Of a stretch of 64,000 nt of DNA, positions 9,525 through 18,073 are shown piece after piece (position 1 is the first letter of the stretch; every line of letters starts with the position of its first letter). This stretch comes from an uncultured delta proteobacterium (GTDB lineage: Bacteria > Desulfobacterota > Binatia > Binatales > Binataceae): the NCBI GenBank assembly GCA_963794325.1, contig CAWCDG010000006.1, forward strand, positions 83,179-147,178, given 5' to 3'. A model generated the notes under the pieces. That model was given only the letters and a program-made list of their open reading frames with translations. It was not told where the DNA came from and made no database searches. Both the position numbers and the translations under genes were made by a program.

Positions 9525-10337
9525 GTGCCTAGCGAGGATATCACACCGCCGGCAGTCATCGAGGCGACGCCCGAACAGGCGCGGATGTCGCTCATCGAGC
9601 ATTTGAATGAACTCCGCACGGCGCTGATTCGCGCCTTCATCGCCATCGGCGTCGGCTTCATTATCGCGTACGCAATCGCCGATCCGCTCTTTCACATGCT
9701 GACCTGGCCGATTCGCGAGGTGTCCGGCGGCAAGGTGCTGTTGATTGGCACGGGCGTCGGCGAGGCGTTCTACACGAAGATCAAAGTCGCGCTTATCGCC
9801 GGTTTGTTCATCGCCAGTCCGGCGGTATTTTACGAGGTCTGGAAATTCATCGCGCCGGGTTTGTACGAGACCGAGCGCAGGATGGCGAAGCCGTTCGTTT
9901 TCTTCGCGACGGTCTTTTTCGTTCTCGGTGGATATTTCTGCTGGGCGGTCGTTTTCAAAGTCGGCTACGCGTTCTTCCTTGGCCAGTACGCGAGCATCGG
10001 CGTGACTCCGACGATTCGCATCAGCGAGTATCTCGCGTTCTCGTCGAAGCTACTGCTGGCGTTCGCGCTGACGTTCGAGATGCCGATTTTCGCGTTCTTC
10101 TTCACCAAGCTCGGGATGATCGACTACAAGATGATGCTGGGGTACTGGCGCTACGCGATCCTCGCCATCTTCATCGTGTCCGCGGCGCTGACTCCGCCCG
10201 ACATGGTCTCGCAATTCCTGCTCGCGATTCCGCTGCTGGCGCTCTACGTTGTCAGCGTCGGCGTCGCGTGGATGTTTCGTTTGAAGCCTTCGGAAAAATC
10301 CGCCGCGACAACTCCGCAGCAACCCGAGACTGTCTGA
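9525..10337 (+). CDS. tatC: Twin-arginine translocase subunit TatC
   Basis: MSLIEHLNELR, FIAPGLY, FEMP and LTPPD motifs; six TM segments. Confidence 0.96.
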   Translation: MPSEDITPPAVIEATPEQARMSLIEHLNELRTALIRAFIAIGVGFIIAYAIADPLFHMLTWPIREVSGGKVLLIGTGVGEAFYTKIKVALIAGLFIASPAVFYEVWKFIAPGLYETERRMAKPFVFFATVFFVLGGYFCWAVVFKVGYAFFLGQYASIGVTPTIRISEYLAFSSKLLLAFALTFEMPIFAFFFTKLGMIDYKMMLGYWRYAILAIFIVSAALTPPDMVSQFLLAIPLLALYVVSVGVAWMFRLKPSEKSAATTPQQPETV

Positions 10338-10344
10338 GGGTCCT

Positions 10345-12753
10345 ATGGCAAGAATTGTGACATCTCCAGTCGCCAGCGGCGCACCCGGCATCCCGCCGCG
10401 ATGGACCCGCAGCGCCAAAGACGCGGTCTGCACTGCCTATTCTTCGGTGAGCCGCATATGGTTCACCACCTCGGCCGGTGTCCTCGACGAGATTTATTTT
10501 CCGACTATCGATCAGCCGCAGGTCCGCGATCTCCAGTTCTTGATCACCGACGGCCAGAGCTTCTTTCACGAGGAACGCCGCCACCTCCATTCCGTGACCG
10601 AGTATCTCGACGCCACCGGACTCGCGGTTCGAATCGTCAACCATTCACCCGACGGCCGCTATCATCTTCACAAGGAGGTCATCACCGATCCTCATCAGCC
10701 CACCCTGCTCATCAACGCTCGCCTGGAAGGCGATCCTGAGCTGCTGAAGAAACTCCACCTCTACGTTCTGCTCGCGCCGCATTTGTGCGTCGGCGGATGG
10801 GGTAACAGCGGCTACCTGACCAGAATCGTCGGCCACGAATTTCTGACCGCGAACAAGAACGGCGTGTGGCTGGCTCTGGGAGCCATGACGCCATTTCTAA
10901 GGACCTCATGCGGATACGTCGGCAATACTGACGGATGGCAGGACCTCAGCGCCAATTTCAAGATGGACTATCAGTTCCCCGCCGCGATCGACGGCAATAT
11001 CGCACTCACTGCCGAGATCGATTTGCGCAAGGGCTACTCGTTCACGCTTGGCCTGGGATTCGGCCGCGAGCTCAATCGCGCCGTGACGACATTGTATCAG
11101 TCGCTCGCCGAGCCGTTCCCGATGCATCGCACCCGCTTCCTCGAGCAATGGAATCGCGCGTGCAGCCATATCGTTCCGCTCGATAAATTCTCCGGCGACG
11201 GTGGCGCTCTCTATCGCCGCGGAACGCAGCTGCTTCTCGCCCACGAGGACAAAACCTATCCGGGCGCGCTGATCGCGTCGCTCAGCATCCCGTGGGGCGA
11301 GGCCAAGAGCGACGAAGACCTTGGCGGTTACCATCTGGTCTGGACCCGCGACATGGTCAACAGTGTTGTTGGCTTGGCCGCCACCGGCGACTATGCCACT
11401 GCGCTGCGCGCTCTCATTTACCTCGCGTGTGCGCAGCGCGCCGACGGCGGTTTTCCGCAGAATTTCTGGATCGACGGCCAGCCATACTGGAACGGCATTC
11501 AGCTCGACGAAGTCTCGTTTCCGATAGTGCTGGCGTGGCGGCTGCACAAGTACTCGGGGCTTAAGGATTTCGATCCTTATCCAATGGTGTTGCAGGCGGC
11601 TCACTTCCTGGTCGACAACGGGCCGCCTACGCCACAGGAGCGATGGGAGGAGAACGCCGGCTACTCGCCTTCGACGCTCGCCGCCAATATCAGCGGGTTG
11701 ATTTGTGCGGCCTGCTTCGCGCGCGATCGCGGCGACCTGGTAACCGCGCAATTTCTCGAGGAGTACGCCGACTTCCTCGAGGCGAACATCGAAACCTGGA
11801 CGGTCACCAACCACGGCTTTCTGGCCCCGGGCATCAAGCGCCATTACGTTCGCATCAATCCGATCGACGTCGCCGATCCCGACGCCGACGAGAGCCTCGA
11901 GGGCAAGCTCGTGCCGATTCGCAATCGTCCGCCCGGCGCGCAAACCGATTTCCCGGTCGCGGAAATTGTCGATGGCGGATTCCTCGAGCTGGTGCGTTAT
12001 GGGATTCGCAAAGCCGGGGACCCGCTGATGGAGGATTCGCTGCGCGTCATCGACGCCGCGCTCAAAACCGACTTTCCTGCCGGCCCATGCTGGCGGCGCT
12101 ATACGCACGACGGCTACGGGCAGCGCGACGACGGCGGGCCATTCCTCACCTGGGGACGCGGGCGCCCGTGGCCGCTGCTGACCGGCGAGCGCGGGCATTA
12201 CGAGCTTGCCGCGGGCCGCGATCCGACACCTTATCTGCAGGCGATGGAACGATTTGCGAATTCCACGCAGCTGCTGCCTGAACAAATCTGGGACCAACCC
12301 GACCTGCCGCGGCGATTGCTGAAATACGGCGGCCAGACCGGCAGCGCGACGCCACTCATGTGGGCGCATGCCGAGTATATCAAGCTGCTGCGATCGGCTT
12401 CGGACGGCCGCGTGTTCGACACGATCGACGAAGTGAGAGACCGCTACATGAAGCCCGGACGAAAGCCGAGCCGCCTGATGGTCTGGAAATCCAATCGCCG
12501 CGTGCGATCGATTTCACCCGGCGATCGCTTGCGCGTTCAAGCGACCGCGCCGTTCGCACTGCATTGGTCCAACGACGAGTGGCAGCACGTCAATGACACC
12601 GGATCGACTTCAACGCCGATCGGCTTCGAGTACGTCGACATCGAGGCCGCTGTGAGCGCCAAGGCACCGATCCGCTTCACGTTCAAATGGCGCGACACGG
12701 GCAACTGGGAAGGCCGCGACTACGCCGTCGCGATCGCGGAACCTAACCCCTAA
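10345..12753 (+). CDS. Glucoamylase/glucodextranase-type glycoside hydrolase (GH15) with C-terminal carbohydrate-binding-like domain
   Basis: GAPGIPPRWT, IASLSIPWG, GGYHLVWTRD, QERWEE, LPEQIWD and PLMWAHAEY. Confidence 0.93.
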   Translation: MARIVTSPVASGAPGIPPRWTRSAKDAVCTAYSSVSRIWFTTSAGVLDEIYFPTIDQPQVRDLQFLITDGQSFFHEERRHLHSVTEYLDATGLAVRIVNHSPDGRYHLHKEVITDPHQPTLLINARLEGDPELLKKLHLYVLLAPHLCVGGWGNSGYLTRIVGHEFLTANKNGVWLALGAMTPFLRTSCGYVGNTDGWQDLSANFKMDYQFPAAIDGNIALTAEIDLRKGYSFTLGLGFGRELNRAVTTLYQSLAEPFPMHRTRFLEQWNRACSHIVPLDKFSGDGGALYRRGTQLLLAHEDKTYPGALIASLSIPWGEAKSDEDLGGYHLVWTRDMVNSVVGLAATGDYATALRALIYLACAQRADGGFPQNFWIDGQPYWNGIQLDEVSFPIVLAWRLHKYSGLKDFDPYPMVLQAAHFLVDNGPPTPQERWEENAGYSPSTLAANISGLICAACFARDRGDLVTAQFLEEYADFLEANIETWTVTNHGFLAPGIKRHYVRINPIDVADPDADESLEGKLVPIRNRPPGAQTDFPVAEIVDGGFLELVRYGIRKAGDPLMEDSLRVIDAALKTDFPAGPCWRRYTHDGYGQRDDGGPFLTWGRGRPWPLLTGERGHYELAAGRDPTPYLQAMERFANSTQLLPEQIWDQPDLPRRLLKYGGQTGSATPLMWAHAEYIKLLRSASDGRVFDTIDEVRDRYMKPGRKPSRLMVWKSNRRVRSISPGDRLRVQATAPFALHWSNDEWQHVNDTGSTSTPIGFEYVDIEAAVSAKAPIRFTFKWRDTGNWEGRDYAVAIAEPNP
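12741..12753 (+). repeat. Truncated family B repeat forming the last codons and stop of the GH15 gene
   Basis: acctaacccctaa matches the 5' part of family B. Confidence 0.6.
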
Positions 12754-12766
12754 CAAGAAAGTTAAG

Positions 12767-12868
12767 CGCCTGCGCGGCGGGCGGCAGGGGTGACCCCTGC
12801 ACCCAGTATTAAGAAAAAGATGCGGGACGGAGTTTACCCTGAGTACTCGTAGGGTCCCTGTTAGAAGT
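12767..12868 (+). repeat. Family A repeat with extended tail and a nested hairpin insert
   Basis: Core plus the tail aagatgcgggac…tccctgttagaagt shared with the 47523 copy. Confidence 0.88.
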
Positions 12869-12889
12869 TTTTCGAGGTCGAGGATCACA

Positions 12890-12947
12890 ACCTCCCCTTG
12901 TCCGAGGGGAGGTCGGCGCACGCCGAAGGAGTGCGACGGGAGAGGTG
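12890..12947 (-). repeat. Family C double-hairpin repeat (CCTC.CC-hairpin-CCTC.CCC-loop-GGG.AGG)
   Basis: Same architecture as 60704-60764. Confidence 0.6.
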
Positions 12948-13080
12948 CAGCGCTGGCTGTCGCAACAACACCCGTTGTGCTGCAGTCGAGCGGCGACTCG
13001 CACTCTCTCCCGAGCAGCGGCTTACGAATCGTTAATAACCAAATCCGCGCGCGTTCGTACTGCTGCGTGGAGGGATAGCG

Positions 13081-13188
13081 ATGAGTGTCAAAGATCCTAT
13101 CGTACGCGACGCGGTTGAGATGCGGCTGGTGTTCGCATTGCTCGTGCTGATGGCTCTCCTGATTGTCGAGAGTTGCACCGGATTCTAA
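13081..13188 (+). CDS. Putative 35-aa single-TM small protein (MSVKDPIVRDAVEMRLVFALLVLMALLIVESCTGF)
   Basis: GGAGGG RBS just upstream of ATG; hydrophobic helix; followed by a terminator hairpin; below the ORF-track cutoff. Confidence 0.55.
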   Translation: MSVKDPIVRDAVEMRLVFALLVLMALLIVESCTGF

Positions 13189-13211
13189 TCCGTAGCTGTC
13201 GGCCGAAAATG

Positions 13212-13245
13212 AAATCGCCCGGCTCCATGAGGAACCGGGCGGTTT
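13212..13245. terminator. Probable bidirectional intrinsic terminator
   Basis: aaatcgcccggctcc-atga-ggaaccgggcggttt between convergent genes. Confidence 0.65.
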
Positions 13246-13327
13246 GAGCGAGGCTCGCGAGCTTCCTAGTGCGTGTGCAACGCCGGGCGAGCGGTCCAAT
13301 GCTCGCTCGACCGAACCCGCGTCCCGC

Positions 13328-13828
13328 TTACTCGTACAGTGCCGACTCGGCCGCGGTCAGAGTCGTTGGAAAGCTTATTCCCAGCAGAGTGTGGCTTGGC
13401 AAAAAAATCTTGTTGGTGGCATCATATCTCAGACTGATCTTTACCTGGTCCTGGGTCGGAACTATCGTGCCGTTCTCTACGGTCACACCGTCGCTCTCAT
13501 AGGATGCGATAGTGACCGTCAGGTTGCCGTCGTTGATGGATGGAGACAATAGCGCCGCCGCCGCAGAAGGCACTGCAGCTGGCCCATTTTGGCCCAAGCT
13601 CCCGGGATTCACAGCGGCATAGCGCGCAAGGGCGGCTGACCCTTGGCTGACTGCCAATGCGACCTGACCGATCAGCGCGAATTGGATGCCAATCAGCATC
13701 ACGGCTAACGCCAGGACCGAGATCATCGCGAATTCAACAGCCGACTGGCCGCGGCTCATTCGGCTTACGCACCGACGCCGATCGCCGCCCACTCTCGCAT
13801 GGTTCCTCACGTCAATTCGACCAATCAT
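13328..13828 (-). CDS. TadE-like minor pseudopilin
   Basis: Prepilin motif RGQSAVEF, TM helix, ARYA; GGAGG RBS before ATG 13828. Confidence 0.85.
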   Translation of the reverse strand: MIGRIDVRNHARVGGDRRRCVSRMSRGQSAVEFAMISVLALAVMLIGIQFALIGQVALAVSQGSAALARYAAVNPGSLGQNGPAAVPSAAAALLSPSINDGNLTVTIASYESDGVTVENGTIVPTQDQVKISLRYDATNKIFLPSHTLLGISFPTTLTAAESALYE

Positions 13829-13845
13829 ATAATCCTCCAACTCTC

Positions 13846-14895
13846 TCACTTGATCAGAACGTCAGCGACCAGTGCCCCAAAATCCGGCGCCGTCGAACTT
13901 GAGATCGTGTCCTGGGTGATCTCTTTCACGAAACATCCGTTAATGCTGGTACTGGTGGTCGTAGTTGGGTCCAAATGCACGAGCGCAAAGCCATAGATCG
14001 TTAATGCGGTGCTTTTCCCGTGAAGTCCGGTGAAGTCCACGGTCGGAACGATCACCATGCACGGATCGTTGAGCGGGATGTCAGTTGGGTTCGTGCCACT
14101 GCAGGCGTCGGGTATGGTCGGGCACTTAGCCATCCGGTCCGACACAGTCTTTTTTACGTTCGCATTTTGACCGACGTTACCTGTTTCCGTGTAAATCTGG
14201 TTGTTAGGGGGGTAGATGGAGAACGTGGCCGACGCGCCATTTGAGATAGCGTCCTCCAATACTGGAACGCCGCCACCCTTTCCTCCACTAACATCCAGCC
14301 ATTGCCAATTGCCCGTTGCGAGACCGCCGACAAACTTCGAGCCAAAGTGGACCGATTCGCCACCGACCAGGGATCCCTCGGGACAGGGTGCGGCGCATTG
14401 AAGCCCGACCGGGAACAGACCCGTGCCTCCCGCCAGAACGGTTCCGACAACTCCGGGCGCGTTCGCGGTGCCGCTGGCGGTCACCTGGTAGGTATTCATC
14501 GATACGCCGGGGATGATATTGAGCGCCTTCGCGAAGAAGTAGGGATCGGTTTCCGTCGCCACCACCAGGAGACTGTTCGGGTTTGGCTCGCTGACCGTAA
14601 CGCCATTCCCAGTGTTAGCTAGCGCTGGATCGTTGGTCATCGCGTAGGTACATGCGGCTTCCTCGGCGTTGTCGCCCGTACAGCCGGCGGCAATAGTGCC
14701 GCCATAGGACATCCCCGAACTTAAGAAGTTCGCACCGGCGACCGCGGCGGCGTCAGCAGTCTTCTGGACGCGCTCCCAGTTCGCGTACATCAGTGCGACA
14801 TCGGATCCAAGGGCGACAGCGCCGAGCAGGATCGCAATGACACCGGCATAGAGCACTGCTATCTGACCACGGGATTTATCGCGTGTCTTGTTCAT
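13846..14895 (-). CDS. TadG-like pilus-associated protein (no vWA domain)
   Basis: RGQIAVLY…ALGSDVA…QKTADAAAVAGA Tad N-terminus; GNWQWL and ETGN motifs; paired Cys. Confidence 0.85.
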   Translation of the reverse strand: MNKTRDKSRGQIAVLYAGVIAILLGAVALGSDVALMYANWERVQKTADAAAVAGANFLSSGMSYGGTIAAGCTGDNAEEAACTYAMTNDPALANTGNGVTVSEPNPNSLLVVATETDPYFFAKALNIIPGVSMNTYQVTASGTANAPGVVGTVLAGGTGLFPVGLQCAAPCPEGSLVGGESVHFGSKFVGGLATGNWQWLDVSGGKGGGVPVLEDAISNGASATFSIYPPNNQIYTETGNVGQNANVKKTVSDRMAKCPTIPDACSGTNPTDIPLNDPCMVIVPTVDFTGLHGKSTALTIYGFALVHLDPTTTTSTSINGCFVKEITQDTISSSTAPDFGALVADVLIK

Positions 14896-15009
14896 AGACC
14901 AGTCTCCCTCTGTTCGTTCAGCAAGATTGCCGAAACCGTACCCTGATTAATCGAGTCTCAGACCTTCCCGCCCCTCCGGTACTAAAAAGCCGGATTGGCC
15001 CACCAAGCA

Positions 15010-15026
15010 AGCAACCTGAATGCCAA
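15010..15026 (-). promoter_or_regulatory. Sigma-54 (-24/-12) promoter of Tad cassette 1
   Basis: Minus strand TTGGCATTCAGGTTGCT: GG-N10-GC, close to TGGCAC-N5-TTGC. Confidence 0.8.
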
Positions 15027-15084
15027 TAAGGGCAGTTGCGGCATAACCCGTCTATTTGAGCACTTTTTCTTCATATCGTAGGTA

Positions 15085-15135
15085 AATCATACAACAGGAG
15101 TAGCGAGAATGCCACTACTTGTATCACAGAGGCAG
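15085..15135. promoter_or_regulatory. Candidate upstream activator sequence containing GTAGC-N6-GCCAC (15100-15115)
   Basis: Homologous to 18023-18073 at the same offset (2938 bp) as the two sigma-54 boxes. Confidence 0.7.
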
Positions 15136-15337
15136 CGTTAATTTGACCGAAACGTGACAGAAACGCCGAATTAGATGAAGTTTCGTGTCAAAATTCGTCG
15201 AGCTACGTTTTAGATTAACCCCGCCAGGCTAGAAGGAATGACCTCCAGGTTCACTGGAATTCCTGTCTTCCCGGTCCGAAGTGCACCAGACTTGATTGTG
15301 CGCGAACCCACAGGTCGCGGGCGCTGCTATTCTCTGA

Positions 15338-16771
15338 CTATTTCGACAGCCGCAGAAGGATCTTCGCCGCGATCTCCTGGAACACCTCGTTCAGGTGTGT
15401 AGAGTCGGATGCAAATACTGCCTCTCCCACCGGCAGGCTCGAATCGAAGGTGCTGGCGGCAGGATCGTTGGCGACCTCTCTCAGGAATTCCTGGGCCGCA
15501 GGTTGACCAGTGATCGCCGTTCCCATGCCAATCGCGTAAACGTAGGTGTCCTGGTGCAGCATGCCGACCTGAGCGGTTCCCCCATTCCACTGTGCGGAGT
15601 AAGGGTTCGCGTTTGAGTTGGTGGAGATCAGAACTGAGCGATACATCGCGTCGCTGTTCGGGGTTAGGCCCGACGGTCCACCGCACCAGTTGACGTTCGT
15701 GAGCTCTTCAGTCGATCCGGTCTGCAGATCGGGAAAATTCTGTGGATTGTTCGCGGCCGATAACGACCCACAGCCGCTAGAGGGTGCATTGCAGGTATTG
15801 TTTGCGGTGCAACTGCTGGGATTAAAAAACACGATATTGCCGGAGCCGCACAGACCCGCAAGCGACTCATCGCCCGGATCGCAACCGCAATACAGCAGGT
15901 TGGCGGTTGAGACACTTTTCGTGCCCGGCTGACAGGTCAGAGTGTCCTGTTGTATGTTCGGCCAGCCGTCGGTGAAAAATACCACCACTCGCAACAGATT
16001 CGACGTTTTGGGAACCAAAAGGATCTCTTTCTGTCCGGCCGCCAGCCCCGCTTGTGAATTGGTGTAGTTGATAGCTCCGCCCGCCCAGAAATTTGTAGCC
16101 ATCGCAGTGCTAATTTTGCTCTGGAAAGGCGAGGCGTTGGGAACCGTCACGGTTGCGTATGTTCCAAAAGTGATCACTGAAACCGTATCGATAGTGTCGC
16201 TATCGGTCGAAGTGCCGTTGAAGTCCGCGATGAAGTTGTTGACCGCGGATGAGAGCGCCCCCGAGCCGCCATTCTTCGTCATGGAGTACGACACATCCAG
16301 GACCACCGACATAACCATCGGGTTGCGTTGAGCCGTGGCAGATGCGCTAACATTCAAGGTGTTGTAGGCAGCGCCGAGAATGCGGATGAAGTAAGTGCTG
16401 ATCGTGGCCGTGGCGCTGACGGTGACCAGCGTGTTGTTATTGGCGTCCAAAGAGAAGCATACGCTGGGCGTCGGTATAGTACCAAGGTTCGGTACCGACT
16501 GATAGTTGATATTGAACTCCTTATCCGCGGCCAGTCCAGCCACACTGGTTATATTGCAAGTATATCCGCCCGTTCCCTGACTGACGTTCTTCATCGCGAC
16601 CAGCGCGGCAGCGTCCACCGCTTTGCCGAGGGTCGTCTTGGTGACGTAGGCAAGGCCGAGGTCAATCGCCACACCGACGAAAACGAAGAGTACGACCACG
16701 GACATGATAAAATACACCCCAATTTGCCCGCGCCCGCTTTTTTCTTTTTTCGCTCGATGCGAGAATTTCAT
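15338..16771 (-). CDS. TadG-like pilin with vWA (MIDAS) domain and Cys-rich insertion
   Basis: RGQIGVYF…AIDLG…AVDAAAL; VLDVSYSM (DxSxS), FFTDG and YAIG. Confidence 0.9.
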   Translation of the reverse strand: MKFSHRAKKEKSGRGQIGVYFIMSVVVLFVFVGVAIDLGLAYVTKTTLGKAVDAAALVAMKNVSQGTGGYTCNITSVAGLAADKEFNINYQSVPNLGTIPTPSVCFSLDANNNTLVTVSATATISTYFIRILGAAYNTLNVSASATAQRNPMVMSVVLDVSYSMTKNGGSGALSSAVNNFIADFNGTSTDSDTIDTVSVITFGTYATVTVPNASPFQSKISTAMATNFWAGGAINYTNSQAGLAAGQKEILLVPKTSNLLRVVVFFTDGWPNIQQDTLTCQPGTKSVSTANLLYCGCDPGDESLAGLCGSGNIVFFNPSSCTANNTCNAPSSGCGSLSAANNPQNFPDLQTGSTEELTNVNWCGGPSGLTPNSDAMYRSVLISTNSNANPYSAQWNGGTAQVGMLHQDTYVYAIGMGTAITGQPAAQEFLREVANDPAASTFDSSLPVGEAVFASDSTHLNEVFQEIAAKILLRLSK

Positions 16772-16787
16772 TTGGTCTCGGCCCCCC

Positions 16788-17351
16788 TCAAAAATACGCG
16801 ATGTTGTACAATTGCGTAGGGAAGCCAATGGCGTTGTTCGTCATGGCTCCGATACCCGTGGCTGGCGAGAATGAGTAGAATATCTCGGTGGTGTACAGTT
16901 TCTGGCCGGTCTGGAGCGCCGGCGCTCCGGCTATAACGACGCTACCGCCGCCGCTCGGCGCGACCCTGCTGGTTGCGGAAATACCCGTCGCCGATTTCTG
17001 TTGTTCGAGCACTTTATAATTACCGCCAGCTACGGGTGTGGTTTGGCTGAATTCCGTAACGATTACTCGACCATTGGTCGACAGACCCAAACCGGAGTCT
17101 CCCGCCAAGAGGTCTGCGGCGGACGTGCACAAATTGTCGCACGATGGACTACCCGCCACGCGCGATGCCAGATTTGATCCTTGCCGGCTCAGTTCGGAGA
17201 TGACCTGGAGGTCATGCATCGCGCGACCAAAATCGATCGCTGAGCACATAAACAAGAGGAGGAAGGTCGCCACAAACGCCAACTCCACCATCGCCTGACC
17301 GCTGTCCTTGGCGGTGAGATGTGCGCGGACTGAGCTATAACGCAGTGACAT
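16788..17351 (-). CDS. TadE/TadF-like minor pseudopilin
   Basis: SGQAMVELA…AIDFGR…SRQG; RBS before ATG 17351. Confidence 0.88.
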   Translation of the reverse strand: MSLRYSSVRAHLTAKDSGQAMVELAFVATFLLLFMCSAIDFGRAMHDLQVISELSRQGSNLASRVAGSPSCDNLCTSAADLLAGDSGLGLSTNGRVIVTEFSQTTPVAGGNYKVLEQQKSATGISATSRVAPSGGGSVVIAGAPALQTGQKLYTTEIFYSFSPATGIGAMTNNAIGFPTQLYNIAYF

Positions 17352-17364
17352 TTTCCCTCGCTCC

Positions 17365-17922
17365 TTATTTGGTCTGCGATGGATCAAAGGGTTCATTCTG
17401 GAAGGTTGTGCTGGATGTGAAGGTGTAACCGGCGGGAAATAATCGTCCAACCAGCGGGGTCAGCAACGGTAAGGTCGTGACGAGCTTGAGCGTTACGGTG
17501 AATTGCGGGCCGCCCGCCGCACCGGCCGTGCCCGAAGGATTCGTGGAGTCGTAGCATGCGGCGGTCGTCCCCCCCGGCGGAACGCTGCAAATTGAAAGTT
17601 TCGAAACATCTACACCAGGTACGCTCACCTCGCTCTGGATGTTGGAAATAATCGATGATATTCGGGTCCCGCTCCCTCCCGATTCCTGTCCGGTGGAGGC
17701 ATATCGCCCGCCATCGTCGATGGCCTGCTGCACGTTCATTTGCGCGAACATCAGCCACCCATAGTCAATCACCGCGAAGAGCATGAAAAAGAAGAGTAAG
17801 CTGACCATGGCAAATTCGACCGTGCTCTGACCCTTCGCCGATCCTGGTAGCAAAGGCTGGGATTTAAGATTGGACGGGATAGAGCCGGCCCGGTCCGATC
17901 CGCGACACTCAAACCAGTCCAT
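17365..17922 (-). CDS. TadE-like minor pseudopilin
   Basis: KGQSTVEFA…IDYG…GGRYA, C-terminal NEPF; start 17922 lies just downstream of the sigma-54 box. Confidence 0.88.
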   Translation of the reverse strand: MDWFECRGSDRAGSIPSNLKSQPLLPGSAKGQSTVEFAMVSLLFFFMLFAVIDYGWLMFAQMNVQQAIDDGGRYASTGQESGGSGTRISSIISNIQSEVSVPGVDVSKLSICSVPPGGTTAACYDSTNPSGTAGAAGGPQFTVTLKLVTTLPLLTPLVGRLFPAGYTFTSSTTFQNEPFDPSQTK

Positions 17923-17947
17923 GCGGTTTCCCCCAAGAATCAGACTG

Positions 17948-17964
17948 AGCAACCAGAGTGCCAA
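17948..17964 (-). promoter_or_regulatory. Sigma-54 promoter of Tad cassette 2
   Basis: Minus strand TTGGCACTCTGGTTGCT matches TGGCAC-N5-TTGC exactly. Confidence 0.85.
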
Positions 17965-18022
17965 GGGGCGGGTCCGGCAGTTCCGGCCTATTTTTGGGCG
18001 TTTCTTCTTCAAATTGTAGGAC

Positions 18023-18073
18023 AATCATACAACAAGAGTGGCGGGAGTGCCACTACTTGTAGCGCAGAAGCAT
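18023..18073. promoter_or_regulatory. Candidate upstream activator sequence containing GTGGC-N6-GCCAC (18038-18053)
   Basis: Duplicate of 15085-15135. Confidence 0.7.
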
